DNA from: a bacterium
GTDB taxonomy: Bacteria > SAR324 > NAC60-12
Length of the DNA stretch: 64,000 nucleotides
Direction: 5' to 3'
Assembly: GCA_965233585.1 (NCBI GenBank)
Contig: CBDDTI010000729.1
Location: forward strand, 1 to 64,000
This document shows positions 44,187 through 55,107 of this stretch, piece by piece. Within the stretch, counting starts at the first letter, position 1. Each line of letters begins with the position of its first letter. The notes beneath the pieces are model-generated. The model was not told where the DNA came from and searched no databases. It was given only the letters and a program-made list of their open reading frames with translations. Both the position numbers and the translations under genes were made by a program.

Positions 44187-45674
44187 ATGAAATCTCAACT
44201 CTCGTTTCATTCTATTTCTAAGGCATTTGGAGGAACGCAAGCCCTGCGTGAGGTCAGTATGGAAATAGAAGGTGGAGAGATTGTAGCATTGCTGGGAGAA
44301 AATGGAGCAGGAAAATCTACTTTGATCAAAATTTTAGGAGGGATTTATCAATCTGATCAAGGTCAGGTTTTGGTCAATCAACAACCTTATCGTCATAAAA
44401 CTGGGAATCTCAATACCAAACAAGAAGTCGCTTTCATTCATCAAGATTTGGGCTTAATTGAATGGATGAGTATTGCTGAAAATATGGCAATGGCTCAAGG
44501 TTATCCTAAACATTTTTTAGGTCGGATTTGTTGGAAATCTTGCCAATCTTTTGCCACTCAAGCACTCCAACGGATTGGTGTTGAATTTGATCCAACAGCA
44601 CGTATTCAATCGCTCACACGGGCAGAAAAATCTATGGTAGCGATTGCCCGTGCAATTGCAGTTCAATGTCACTTTCTCGTGTTAGATGAACCCAGTGCCA
44701 GCCTTCCAGAAACTGATGTTCAACTGTTGTTTGAGATATTGAAGCAACTGAAGAAAGATGGTGTTGGTATGATTTATGTGTCTCATCGGCTTGATGAAAT
44801 CTTTCAAATTGCTGATCGTGTAGTAGTTCTTCGCGATGGTCAAGTGGCAGGTGAACGCAAAATCAATCAAACTCATGCTAAAGAATTGATTCATTTGATT
44901 GTAGGGCATGAACCTAAAGTTTTTGACAAATCTGAAACGTCCAAAGCAAGCGTTCCTGTTTTAGAGGTGAAAAACCTTTGTTCTCACAATGCAGGACCAG
45001 TGAGCTTTAACATCAATCTTGGTGAAATTGTAGGCTTAGTGGGATTGCGTGGAGCAGGGCAAGAAGTGATTGGACGTTGTTTGTTTGGTGATCTGGAATT
45101 TGAGGGCGAAGTCTATTTGTCTGGTCAAAACTTTCAACCACACTCTCCAAGAGAAGCCATGAAATACGGTGTTGCTTTGATTGCTGGGGATCGTGTAGTG
45201 GAATCCAACTTAACACATTTGACAATACGTGAAAATATTTTTGTCAATTTAAAAGCCTTAGGGCATCCACTTTACTCTTGGCGTTCTTTGAAAAAAGAAA
45301 AAGAAGAGGCACATCAAGTTGGAAAAACTGTAGGAGTCCAACCGAATAGCTCTGAACTTCCCATAGAATTTTTATCTGGAGGTAATCAACAGAAAGTCAT
45401 TGTAGGACGTTGGTTGCAGACGAAAAGTCGTGTTTTGATTGCAGAAGACCCCACTGCTGGGGTTGATGTTGGAGCAAAAACAGAAATTTATGAGTTGTTC
45501 AATCAAATCACTCAACAAGGAGTGACCGTCATTATCATTTCCACAGATTTTGAAGAAATCAGCACTATCTGTCATCGTGCTATTGTGTTGAGTGATGGCA
45601 AAATTGCAACAGAACTTTCAGGAAACGCTTTGAACACCAAATCGCTCATTCAAGCAAGTTGTATCCTTCGGTAG
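44187..45674 (+). CDS. Monosaccharide ABC ATPase (RbsA family, two NBDs)
   Basis: GENGAGKST, LDEP, LSGGNQQKV, DPTAGVDVGAK. Confidence 0.93.
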   Translation: MKSQLSFHSISKAFGGTQALREVSMEIEGGEIVALLGENGAGKSTLIKILGGIYQSDQGQVLVNQQPYRHKTGNLNTKQEVAFIHQDLGLIEWMSIAENMAMAQGYPKHFLGRICWKSCQSFATQALQRIGVEFDPTARIQSLTRAEKSMVAIARAIAVQCHFLVLDEPSASLPETDVQLLFEILKQLKKDGVGMIYVSHRLDEIFQIADRVVVLRDGQVAGERKINQTHAKELIHLIVGHEPKVFDKSETSKASVPVLEVKNLCSHNAGPVSFNINLGEIVGLVGLRGAGQEVIGRCLFGDLEFEGEVYLSGQNFQPHSPREAMKYGVALIAGDRVVESNLTHLTIRENIFVNLKALGHPLYSWRSLKKEKEEAHQVGKTVGVQPNSSELPIEFLSGGNQQKVIVGRWLQTKSRVLIAEDPTAGVDVGAKTEIYELFNQITQQGVTVIIISTDFEEISTICHRAIVLSDGKIATELSGNALNTKSLIQASCILR

Positions 45675-45809
45675 TAAGGAAGTAGAGTTTTTTGCAAATC
45701 ATCAACTTTTTAAAATCTTTTCAAAAAAGTTTTGATGACATAGAAAATTGATGCGAAAAGACAATATGAAGAAGTCTCTAATTTGAAAATAAAATTTATA
45801 AGATTGAAT

Positions 45810-46256
45810 ATGAAAACAAATAAAATTTTATGTATTTCTATTTTACTGATGATGTCCTCTTGTAGTGGAAAAGAACCAACAAATATAGGAGTTCAAAACG
45901 AAAAGCTGTCTCTCTGTCCTGATACTCCTAATTGTGTGTGTAGTCAATGTCTTGAAGAAGATAAAGTCCATTACATACAACCCTTCATTTATCAACAGTC
46001 ATTAGAAGAGGTTTATGAGAGTCTTGTCCAAACCATAGAATCTGACAAAAGTGCAAAAATCAAGACAAAAGACTCTAATTACATTTATGTTCAGTACACT
46101 TCTAAGATCTTTCGTTTTGTGGATGACGTTGAATTTTACTTTCCACCAGATGAGAAAATTGTTCATGTGCGGTCAGCTTCACGGATTGGTAAATCAGACT
46201 TGGGCGTCAATCGGGAAAGAATAGAAAAATTAAGAAAAAGTATCGCAAAATTTTAA
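45810..46256 (+). CDS. DUF1499 family lipoprotein
   Basis: CPDTPNCV, FVDDVEF, RSASRIGKSDLGVNRERIE. Confidence 0.88.
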   Translation: MKTNKILCISILLMMSSCSGKEPTNIGVQNEKLSLCPDTPNCVCSQCLEEDKVHYIQPFIYQQSLEEVYESLVQTIESDKSAKIKTKDSNYIYVQYTSKIFRFVDDVEFYFPPDEKIVHVRSASRIGKSDLGVNRERIEKLRKSIAKF

Positions 46257-46385
46257 AAATTGGAATAAAAAAAGATACACCACTTATCAAGCTATTTTTG
46301 GTTTAGATAAAAACATCCCGGAAATCAAATTGTAAAACACTAAGTATTAAATTGAAATAAGAAACATTTTAAAAAACAAAACAAT

Positions 46386-47291
46386 ATGACTTATCAAATC
46401 AAACTAGAATGTGAAATTCAAAATTTTGTAGGTGAAAGTCCTACGTATTCTTATCAAAATCATCAACTGTACTGGGTAGATGTGAAAGGAGGAAGTGTGC
46501 ATCAATTGGATTTAAAAACTCAACAACGAGAAGATTTTTTAATGCCTTATGTCTGTCCCTTTTTAGCTCTCACCCAAAATCAAGAAGATTTACTTGTTGG
46601 ACTAAAACGGTCTATCTATCAATTCAATATCAAAACTCAACAACTCAATAAAATGACAGAAGTAGAACCTGATTTATTCCAAAATCGTTTTAATGATGCT
46701 AAATGTGATCCAAAAGGAAGGTTATGGTTTTCTACTATGAAAAATAACTTTGGAGATGACGGAGAAGATTTACCTATTGATGAAAAAACAGGCAGTCTTT
46801 ATTGCTTGGATACCAATTTAGAATGTCGTCATATTGAAAGTCATTTTGGCATTCCTAACACCGTAGCCTTCAGTCCAGACCACCAGAAATTTTATTTAGG
46901 AGATAGCCTTTCTAATTTACTTTTTGTTTATGATTTTGATGTAGAACAAGGGATAATTTCTAATAAAAAAGAATTTGCAAAAAATTTAGATCAAGGACAT
47001 TTAGATGGTTCTGCAATGGATGAGGAAGGTTGTTTATGGAACACGCATTGGGGGTCTTCTAAAATTGTGAGATATTCCCCTAGTGGTGAAATTTTAGAAG
47101 AAGTCGTCATGCCTGTGCCTGCTCCTTCTAGTTGTGCCTTTGGAGGTGATGATATGAAAACCCTTTATGTAACCACTGCACGAGAAACTTTAACTCAACA
47201 AGAATTAGAAAAATATCCACTTTCAGGAAGTATTTTTTCTTTTCAAACTGATGTTGCAGGTGTTGAAGTTTCTCATTTTCAAGGAGAATGA
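46386..47291 (+). CDS. SMP-30/gluconolactonase family sugar lactonase
   Basis: GESP, NRFNDAKCDPKGR, GIPN, DGSAMD, SCAFGG. Confidence 0.9.
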   Translation: MTYQIKLECEIQNFVGESPTYSYQNHQLYWVDVKGGSVHQLDLKTQQREDFLMPYVCPFLALTQNQEDLLVGLKRSIYQFNIKTQQLNKMTEVEPDLFQNRFNDAKCDPKGRLWFSTMKNNFGDDGEDLPIDEKTGSLYCLDTNLECRHIESHFGIPNTVAFSPDHQKFYLGDSLSNLLFVYDFDVEQGIISNKKEFAKNLDQGHLDGSAMDEEGCLWNTHWGSSKIVRYSPSGEILEEVVMPVPAPSSCAFGGDDMKTLYVTTARETLTQQELEKYPLSGSIFSFQTDVAGVEVSHFQGE

Positions 47292-48229
47292 CCATGAAAA
47301 ATGATGTTTTAGTTTTGATGGAAAAATGCTCACACTGCCTGAGCTTTTATGACTTAGAAAGTGGAAATCAAATCAGTAGTATTCCACTAGAAAACTACCC
47401 ACATGAGTTTGTAGTAGATCATCAAGAAAAGTATGCGTATGCTGCTTATTATGGTGTCTTAAATTCTGGAGTAGAAGGAACTCATGGCAATAAAGTTTTT
47501 ATTATTGATTTAGCTCAACAGAAAATTGCTAAAATTTTGAGTTTTAAAAATTATAGAAGGTTGCATGGAATCACCATAGATAGAAACGGAAGGCTTTATG
47601 TTTTGAGTGAAAACAACCATTACTTAATGATTAAAAATCAGCCTTTAGAAGGAGATACTTTTGATAGATTTATTCCTACAGGAGGGGAACGTGGTCATTT
47701 GATGGCAGTCAATCAACAAGGCACCAAAGCCTTTACTATGAACATTCGTTCTCATAATGTGAGCTATTTAGATTTGAGTCAAAAAAATACTCCACCTGTT
47801 ATCATTGAAACAGGTTATCAAAAGCCTGAAGGCTTTACTTTTAATGCTGATGAATCCAAACTTTATGTAACCAATCGTTTGAGTGATAGAATCAGCATCA
47901 TAGATACCAAGACCTTAAAAGTCATAGAATCCTTTCCTGCCAGAAAAGACCCATTGCGAATGAAGTATTTTAAGGAGCAGTTGATAGTCATCAACTTTGG
48001 AGACCAAAGCCTTTCTATTATCAATCCTGAAAATAACCAAGAACTCCAACACATTCCTTTTGATTCTCATCCTCTTTATTTAAGTATTGATGATACAAGA
48101 AAAATGGCGTTTGTCTCATTGTTTAGTAATGAATTAGCAGTATTCAATATGGAAAATTGGAGTTTGATTAAAAAGTTTCAAACGGGCATAGAACCAGACG
48201 TTTCTTATTTAATAAAAGGATCATTATGA
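47288..48229 (+). CDS. YncE/YVTN-like beta-propeller protein
   Basis: Repeats such as YPHE, RLHGI, KPEG, LYVTNR; no signal peptide. Confidence 0.75.
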   Translation: MTMKNDVLVLMEKCSHCLSFYDLESGNQISSIPLENYPHEFVVDHQEKYAYAAYYGVLNSGVEGTHGNKVFIIDLAQQKIAKILSFKNYRRLHGITIDRNGRLYVLSENNHYLMIKNQPLEGDTFDRFIPTGGERGHLMAVNQQGTKAFTMNIRSHNVSYLDLSQKNTPPVIIETGYQKPEGFTFNADESKLYVTNRLSDRISIIDTKTLKVIESFPARKDPLRMKYFKEQLIVINFGDQSLSIINPENNQELQHIPFDSHPLYLSIDDTRKMAFVSLFSNELAVFNMENWSLIKKFQTGIEPDVSYLIKGSL

Positions 48230-49236
48230 AAACAACGATTGCATTAGTTGCAGGAGATACTTGCGGAATTGGACCAGAACTTTTAGCAAAACTGTTAACC
48301 AAAGATGAAACTCAAACAGAAGCAAACCATATCATTGTTGCTGATAAAAGAGTGATTCATCAAGGCATGCAGATTGCGAAAACGACCTTTGATTATGAAG
48401 AAATTAACTCTTTAGAACATTTAGATTTTAGCAAGCATCACACTTTGTTTTATGATACTCAAAAGATGGATCCTGCTCGCGTGCCGATGTCTCAAGAATC
48501 TGCTGATGCAGGAAGAGTGGTGATGGAAGAACTGACTATCGCACTAGACTTAGTACAGGCTAAAAAAGCTCATGCTGTCTGTTTTATGCCTTTGAATAAA
48601 AAAGCAATGAACATGGGAGGCTATGAATATGAAGATGAACTGGCTTATTTTGATAAACATTTGAAAAATCCACACTATTACGGTGAAATCAATGCTTTAA
48701 AAGACCTTTGGACTTCACGAGCGACTTCTCATATTGCATTTAAAGATATTATTGAAAGCCTCACTCCTGAAAGCATTTATCAGCCAATCAAACTGCTTTA
48801 CACCTCCTTACAAAAAGCAGGTTATGGCAAACCTAAAATCTTTGTTGCGGCACTCAATCCACATGCGGGAGACAATGGTTTACATGGTGATGAAGAACGA
48901 GAACTTTTAACTCCTGTCATTCAACAAGCCACAACAGATGGCTACCCTTGTGAAGGACCTTATCCAGCTGATACGATCTTTCTCAAAGCACAAAAAGAAA
49001 AAGCGAATGGAGTGGTCACCATGTACCACGATCAAGGACAGATTGCAATCAAACTGATGGGATTTGACAGAGGCGTCACCATTCATGGTGGTTTTGAAGT
49101 TCCAATCTGCACTCCTGCACATGGAACTGCTTTTGATATTGCAGGGAAAGGTATTGCCGATGTGGGAGCAACCCTAGAAGCCTACAAAATTGCAGTGAAT
49201 ATGGGCAAGACTAGAGCTACACAAAACCAAAATTGA
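48226..49236 (+). CDS. PdxA-family oxidative decarboxylase (catabolic PdxA2-like)
   Basis: GDTCGIGPE, ALNPHAGD, GPYPADT, MYHDQG, PAHGTAFDIAG. Confidence 0.9.
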   Translation: MKTTIALVAGDTCGIGPELLAKLLTKDETQTEANHIIVADKRVIHQGMQIAKTTFDYEEINSLEHLDFSKHHTLFYDTQKMDPARVPMSQESADAGRVVMEELTIALDLVQAKKAHAVCFMPLNKKAMNMGGYEYEDELAYFDKHLKNPHYYGEINALKDLWTSRATSHIAFKDIIESLTPESIYQPIKLLYTSLQKAGYGKPKIFVAALNPHAGDNGLHGDEERELLTPVIQQATTDGYPCEGPYPADTIFLKAQKEKANGVVTMYHDQGQIAIKLMGFDRGVTIHGGFEVPICTPAHGTAFDIAGKGIADVGATLEAYKIAVNMGKTRATQNQN

Positions 49237-49254
49237 ATTTGAAAAAGAACATTT

Positions 49255-50439
49255 ATGAAAATCACAAAAGTCCAAACCAAACTTTATGAATGGATTGGGG
49301 AAACCGTTCCTCCTGCACAACATTTTTGCACCAATGCTATGGATGCTTTGTGTGAAAAAGCCAATCCCAATCAAGACACAATGAGCAGTTTTAGGTTTCA
49401 TCATTGGTTGGTAGTAGAAGTTCATACAGACACAGGAGAAGTTGGTATCGGCAATGTTGCTTTAGCTCCACCAATAGCTAAAGCCATCATAGATGGCTAT
49501 CTCAAAAAAATGCTCATAGGAGCAAATCCTTTTGATTATGAATACCTTTGGCAAAAGATGTACAGAAGTACGCTTGCCTTTGGAAGAAAAGGAATTGTTC
49601 TAGCAGCAATCAGTGCAGTAGATATTGCGATTTGGGATGTGATGGGCAAAGCACTCAAGATGCCTGTCTTTCAGCTTTTAGGTGGGAAAATCCACGACAA
49701 AATCAGAGTGTATGCCAGTAAACTTTACGCATCACCACTTGATCAACTTCAAGCAGAAGCTCAAAAATATGTGGATGAAGGCTACACTGCTTTTAAAATG
49801 CGATTTGGTTGGGGACAAAAAGATGGTGCATTTGGTATGAAAAAAAACCTAGAACTCGTTGAAGCCATTCGGGAAGTCATCGGGTATGATGCTGATTTGA
49901 TGTGTGAAGCCTACATGGGTTGGGATTTGGATTATGCCAAAAGAATGTTACCAAAATTAAAAGAATACCAAATCCGTTGGTTAGAAGAACCTGTCATTGC
50001 TGATGACATAGGAGGATATGCTCACTTAGCCAGTATGAATCTTGTTCCCATTGCAGGTGGAGAACATGAATTTACGATTTATGGTTTCAAAGACTTGCTG
50101 GAAAGAAAAGCTGTGGATTATATTCAATTTGACACCAACCGCGTTGGTGGAATCACTCAAGCTAAAAAAATCTGCACCCTTGCAGAAGCCTATCAAATTC
50201 CTGTCATTCCTCATGCGGGGCAAATGCACAATTTCCACATTGTCGCTGCGTCTATCATCTCTCCAATGGCAGAATATTTTCCTGTCCATGCAGTAGAAAT
50301 TGGCAACGAACTCTTTTGGTACATTTTTGAGGGCGAACCTAAACCGCAACAAGGCTTCATTCATTTAGATGACCACATGCACGGATTAGGTTTGACTTTA
50401 AGTACACAATACTTAGACCAATTTAAAATCACAATATAA
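49255..50439 (+). CDS. Enolase-superfamily sugar-acid dehydratase (L-lyxonate/L-rhamnonate dehydratase-like)
   Basis: [35 protein letters not shown]. Confidence 0.88.
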   Translation: MKITKVQTKLYEWIGETVPPAQHFCTNAMDALCEKANPNQDTMSSFRFHHWLVVEVHTDTGEVGIGNVALAPPIAKAIIDGYLKKMLIGANPFDYEYLWQKMYRSTLAFGRKGIVLAAISAVDIAIWDVMGKALKMPVFQLLGGKIHDKIRVYASKLYASPLDQLQAEAQKYVDEGYTAFKMRFGWGQKDGAFGMKKNLELVEAIREVIGYDADLMCEAYMGWDLDYAKRMLPKLKEYQIRWLEEPVIADDIGGYAHLASMNLVPIAGGEHEFTIYGFKDLLERKAVDYIQFDTNRVGGITQAKKICTLAEAYQIPVIPHAGQMHNFHIVAASIISPMAEYFPVHAVEIGNELFWYIFEGEPKPQQGFIHLDDHMHGLGLTLSTQYLDQFKITI

Positions 50440-50448
50440 CGAACGGTC

Positions 50449-51444
50449 ATGTATCTCATTCAATACAAATCAAAAACTCATCAGCGTACTCAAGTTGGTT
50501 TAGTTCAAGAACAAGGGCATTTCATTGAACGTGTAGGAACTGACCTCACTCTGTATGAAATCGTTCTTTCTTGTATCAAAGAAGGTATCACGATTCAAGA
50601 ATTTGTTGAAAACGCTCAAAAAGGAGAGGTTGTTGCGTACCAAGATTTGTTCAAATCGCAGCGAATTTTACCTCCTATCACTGTACCTGCTCATCAGATG
50701 CTGATCACAGGAACAGGATTAACACATTTAGGCAGTGGACAAACACGAAGTCAAATGCACAGCATAGAAGCAAAGTCACATCAAGAAATGACTGATAGCA
50801 TGAAAATGTTCCAGCTTGGATTAGAAGGAGGAAAGCCCAAAGCAGGTAAAATTGGTGTGCAACCTGAATGGTTTTATAAAGGCAATGGTCTTATTCTCAA
50901 AGCCAGTGGTGAACCTTTGTGTAGTCCTAGTTTTGCATTAGATGGAGGCGAAGAACCAGAATTGGTAGGCATTTACATCGTTTATGAAAACCAAGTCTAT
51001 CGTTTAGGATTTGCCATAGGCAATGAATTTTCAGACCATATTACAGAAAAACAAAATTACTTGTATCTTGCACATTCTAAATTAAGAGAATGTAGCATCG
51101 GACCCGAAATTTATGTAGGAGATTTACCTCAAGACATCAAAGGAAAAACCACCATTACAAGACAAAATGAGGTTTTGTGGGAAAAAGAGTTTTTGACAGG
51201 AGAAGCAAACATGTCTCATTCCATTCATAACTTGGAATACCACCACTTCAAATATGATTTGTTCCAAAACTCTGCAGGAGTTCATCTTCATTTTTTTGGA
51301 ACTTCCACTCTCTCTTTCCAAGACCAAATCCAAATTCAAGCAGGCGATGAAATCACGGTTACAATGGATCCGTTTCATTTTCCACTCACAAACCAAATTC
51401 AAATTTCTCCTGCAAAAGATTTGCAAATCAAAACTCTGTATTGA
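50449..51444 (+). CDS. AraD1/GguC FAH-family protein (2-keto-3-deoxy-pentonate dehydratase-like)
   Basis: GTGLTHLGS, QPEWFYKG, DGGEEPE, NEFSDH, NYLYLAHSKLR, HHFKY. Confidence 0.88.
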   Translation: MYLIQYKSKTHQRTQVGLVQEQGHFIERVGTDLTLYEIVLSCIKEGITIQEFVENAQKGEVVAYQDLFKSQRILPPITVPAHQMLITGTGLTHLGSGQTRSQMHSIEAKSHQEMTDSMKMFQLGLEGGKPKAGKIGVQPEWFYKGNGLILKASGEPLCSPSFALDGGEEPELVGIYIVYENQVYRLGFAIGNEFSDHITEKQNYLYLAHSKLRECSIGPEIYVGDLPQDIKGKTTITRQNEVLWEKEFLTGEANMSHSIHNLEYHHFKYDLFQNSAGVHLHFFGTSTLSFQDQIQIQAGDEITVTMDPFHFPLTNQIQISPAKDLQIKTLY

Positions 51445-51757
51445 CCCATCAACCAGAATCTATCCGTAGAGTAAACTCTAATGAATATGAAAAGTTCATG
51501 TCATGGTCTCTTGTCCAAACTCCTCCAACTTCTACAAGGTTCATCAACTTTGACGTTTTGAATGGTGTCAATCAAAATTTGCTCCTCCCGCCCCATATCT
51601 TCAAAGGAATGTAACTTAAAAGAATTGGTATTTTTCGGCTAAATTATTGTCCAGACACGGTGCTTAACTTTTGGCATGGAACCGATAATAATTGCATGTT
51701 CACACTTAAGGCTTTAGACTAATTCGGTTAATTGAGTGATTGAAATTTGGTGAATTG

Positions 51758-53020
51758 ATGCAAATTGCTGTTTTAGGTTCGGGAATTAGTGGACTGGGTG
51801 CGTCTTATTTTTTAAGCAAGCAACATACTGTAGATTTGTACGAAAAAGAGAATCGTCTGGGGGGGCATGCACGAACAACGATTGTAGAAGAAAGCAGCAG
51901 AAACTTTGGCATAGACACAGGATTTTTAGTTTTCAACCATCACACGTATCCATTACTGACAAGATTTTTTGAGGAACTAGGTGTTGCGATTGAAAATAGC
52001 GACATGAGCTTTAGCTTCCATGACAAAACCAAGAACATCGCCTACAACGGCAAATCTATCAGTGATGTTTTCTTTCAAAGGAGTAATCTTTTTTCTTTTG
52101 ACCATTGGAGAATGGTCAGGGATATTCTCAAGTTCAATCAGGCTGCCAATCATCATTTACAGTCTGAAAGTATTGAATTAAATCAGAGCTTGGGGCAGTA
52201 CCTTGCCAAGTATTCAAAATCCTTTCAATACAAATACATTTTGCCAATGGGTGCAGCCATTTGGAGTACTCCCATTGAGAAAATGATGGATTTCCCTGCT
52301 GAAACATTCCTAAAATTTTTCAAAAATCACGGCTTGTTGGGTGTCAATACACAACATCAGTGGCTGACCGTTTCTGGTGGTTCAAAAAATTATGTAGAAA
52401 AAGTGACTCCTCATATTTCTGGAAAGATTGTGAAGAATAGCCAGATTGTCAAAATCAGGAGGAAGGACTCACAACATCAAGGGGCAGAACTCATTGACAA
52501 AAATGGAAATTTTTCAGTTTATGATAAGGTTGTGCTAGCGATGCACGCCCCTGATGCCTTGCAGATGCTAGAAAAACCAACTGCCCTAGAACAAGAGATA
52601 CTGGAATGCTTTCAATACACACAAAACCAAGCGACGCTGCATTGTGATGAAAGTGTGTTATATCCTGACCAAAGGTTTTATTCTGCTTGGAATTACACAA
52701 CTGATGGTCAAAACGATGTTGTCAAATTGACCTATTGGATCAATGCCTTGCAAAATTTGAAAACTAAACAAAACTACTTTGTCTCACTCAATGAACAAAC
52801 CCCGTTGAGAAACGTCATAGAAGTTGTTCAATATGAACACCCCTTATTTGACCAAAAAGCTATTCAGGCTCAAAAACGTTACGAAGAAATCAATGGAAAA
52901 AACCACACATACTTTGCAGGAGCTTATTGGAAAAACGGATTCCATGAAGACGGTTTGTTCTCTGCAAATCAAGTGGCATTAGCAATGGATTGTGGCTGGC
53001 TTGACATGGCTACTCCATGA
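51758..53020 (+). CDS. FAD-dependent oxidoreductase (UfaD-like desaturase)
   Basis: GSGISG, RLGGHA, DTGFLVFN, FFKNHGLL, GFHEDG. Confidence 0.85.
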   Translation: MQIAVLGSGISGLGASYFLSKQHTVDLYEKENRLGGHARTTIVEESSRNFGIDTGFLVFNHHTYPLLTRFFEELGVAIENSDMSFSFHDKTKNIAYNGKSISDVFFQRSNLFSFDHWRMVRDILKFNQAANHHLQSESIELNQSLGQYLAKYSKSFQYKYILPMGAAIWSTPIEKMMDFPAETFLKFFKNHGLLGVNTQHQWLTVSGGSKNYVEKVTPHISGKIVKNSQIVKIRRKDSQHQGAELIDKNGNFSVYDKVVLAMHAPDALQMLEKPTALEQEILECFQYTQNQATLHCDESVLYPDQRFYSAWNYTTDGQNDVVKLTYWINALQNLKTKQNYFVSLNEQTPLRNVIEVVQYEHPLFDQKAIQAQKRYEEINGKNHTYFAGAYWKNGFHEDGLFSANQVALAMDCGWLDMATP

Positions 53021-53760
53021 ATCATAGATATTTGACTGGAAAGGTGTATCACAGACGTTTTTTGCCCAAAAAGCATTTTTTTCAGTATCAATTTTTTATG
53101 ATTGATATTGACCTCAAACATTTTTCAAGTTTGAAAAGCCGTTTTTTTGGAATCAATACTAAAAATATTTTCTCATTTCAGACCAAAGACCATTTTGGAA
53201 AAAGTCCTATTTTCTTAGAAAATGTCAAAGATTTATTGGAAAAGTTAGAACTCAAATTTTATGATGACATGAGATTCATTACTTTACCAAGAATCTTTCA
53301 TTTTGTTTTTAATCCCATTAGCTTACTTCTTGCTTTGGACCATCTTCAAAAACCCGTGTATTTGGTGGCTGAAGTTCACAACTACAATGGCGGTCGCGTA
53401 CTGTACCCCGTCATGCTACAACATCAAAAGAATGACCTCTACAAAGGAATAATTCCCAAAAGTATGTATGTTTCTCCTTTTTTTGATCATAGTGGGAATT
53501 ATCAATTTTTAGTCCGATACAATCAATCAGGACTAAACTGTCAAGTGAGTTTATTTCACGACCAGCAAAAAATGCTAGATGCTGTTTTTAATGGTCAAAG
53601 TTTACCCTTCGGTTGCAAGAATACATTAAAGCTATTTAGTCAATATACTTTCACCACTTTTTTAATCGTTATAAGGACTGTATGGCAGACTGTTTTATTA
53701 AAAATGAAGGGTCTCAGGTGGTATTCTCCTTTAGAAAGTGATCAAAAAAAACAATATTAA
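53017..53760 (+). CDS. DUF1365 family protein (UfaO-like)
   Basis: GKVYHRR..PKKH, FNPIS, AEVHN, K.MYVSPF. Confidence 0.85.
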   Translation: MNHRYLTGKVYHRRFLPKKHFFQYQFFMIDIDLKHFSSLKSRFFGINTKNIFSFQTKDHFGKSPIFLENVKDLLEKLELKFYDDMRFITLPRIFHFVFNPISLLLALDHLQKPVYLVAEVHNYNGGRVLYPVMLQHQKNDLYKGIIPKSMYVSPFFDHSGNYQFLVRYNQSGLNCQVSLFHDQQKMLDAVFNGQSLPFGCKNTLKLFSQYTFTTFLIVIRTVWQTVLLKMKGLRWYSPLESDQKKQY

Positions 53761-55024
53761 TGACGTAGTTAATTCAATGAAATTACAAAAGCATCAAAAC
53801 CAGTTACAAGGTTTTTGGAACAAGATAGGACATTATTTTTTTTCTAAAATCCAACAAGGTCATTTGCAAGTAACTTATGACAACGGTACAACATTTAACT
53901 ATGGAAACAGAAACGAACCATCTAGCCATCTTCATTTAAAAAATCACAAAATTTTTAAAAAGTTGTTTTTGTATGGTGATATTGGTTTTGCAGAAAGTTA
54001 TATGGACAATGACTTTGAAGTTGATGACCTGACTAAACTCATTGAAATCGCCTTGATTAACACAGAATATTTACACACACTCAGCGAATATGAAAAATTA
54101 AGTAGCCTCTACAATCTTGTTCCATACTTCAATCGTCTACGTCATAAACTTCATAAAAATTCTAAAAAATTAGCTAAAAGAAATATCAGCCAACATTATG
54201 ATTTATCTAATCACTTTTTTTCTCTCATGTTAGATAAAACGATGATGTACTCCAGTGCTGTTTTTCAATCTAAAACAGACTCACTTGAGGAGGCACAACG
54301 TTATAAAATCAAGAAGTTAGCAGAAAAACTTAATATCAATTCTAAAAGTAAAGTGTTGGAGATTGGGTCAGGCTGGGGTGCTATGTCAAGTTATTTGGCT
54401 CAAGAGATCGGTTGCGAGGTGGTCTCTTTGACTCTTTCTGAAGAACAAAAAAAATACTGTGATGAGCAAATCAAAAAGGAAAGTATAGACAACTTGACTA
54501 TCCTTGTTAAAGATTATAGAGACATGCAAGGAAAGTTTGATGCCATTTTAGCAGTGGAAATGTTTGAGGCAGTCGGCAAAGAATACTTTCATCAGTTTTT
54601 TAAAAAATGTGAGCAATTACTTGTCAAAAGCGGTGTGATGGTGTTACAAGTGATCACCGTACCCGACCAACGTTATGAATGCTACCAAAAAGACAGTGAT
54701 TTTATCAGAAAGTATATTTTCCCCGGGGGACATTTACCCAGCTTAAAAAGTTTGTTAAAAGTCACACACGACCACACTCGTTTTAATTTACTCGGATTGG
54801 AAGATTTTACAGAACACTATGCCAAAACATTACAGATTTGGAAAAGGAACTTTAATGAAAAAATAGACAAAGTAATAGATTTAGATTTTGATGACTACTT
54901 CATTAGAATGTGGAATATGTATTTAAGTTATTGTCAAGCAGGTTTTTTAACACGAAACATTAATTTGTTACAAGTTGTCTTTACTAGAGACCAAAATATG
55001 TCTCTTAATCAAGGATTGCTATGA
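53738..55024 (+). CDS. cfa: Cyclopropane-fatty-acyl-phospholipid synthase family methyltransferase (UfaM-like)
   Basis: NISQHYDLSN, MMYSSA, LEIGSGWG, EMFEAVG, YIFPGG. Confidence 0.9.
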   Translation: MIKKNNINDVVNSMKLQKHQNQLQGFWNKIGHYFFSKIQQGHLQVTYDNGTTFNYGNRNEPSSHLHLKNHKIFKKLFLYGDIGFAESYMDNDFEVDDLTKLIEIALINTEYLHTLSEYEKLSSLYNLVPYFNRLRHKLHKNSKKLAKRNISQHYDLSNHFFSLMLDKTMMYSSAVFQSKTDSLEEAQRYKIKKLAEKLNINSKSKVLEIGSGWGAMSSYLAQEIGCEVVSLTLSEEQKKYCDEQIKKESIDNLTILVKDYRDMQGKFDAILAVEMFEAVGKEYFHQFFKKCEQLLVKSGVMVLQVITVPDQRYECYQKDSDFIRKYIFPGGHLPSLKSLLKVTHDHTRFNLLGLEDFTEHYAKTLQIWKRNFNEKIDKVIDLDFDDYFIRMWNMYLSYCQAGFLTRNINLLQVVFTRDQNMSLNQGLL

Positions 55025-55107
55025 ACTTGGAAAATGCAAATTTTATTACTATCTTTTAAAGCATCGTTTTTTATTTTTTTCATTGTTAACATGAGCAGGT
55101 TGTAGTT

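Noticed and set aside
28124..46385. Integron-like cassette array, suggested by many co-oriented accessory genes
   Set aside because: No recurring attC-like repeats or integrase seen; several junctions are only 1-11 bp
51442..51468. TGACC-N18-CGTA resembling an RpoE(ChrR)-type promoter for the ufa-like cluster
   Set aside because: Short, mismatched and about 290 bp from the start codon; could be chance
51490..51700. Possible gene remnant on the minus strand
   Set aside because: Translation contains stops and no family I can recognise
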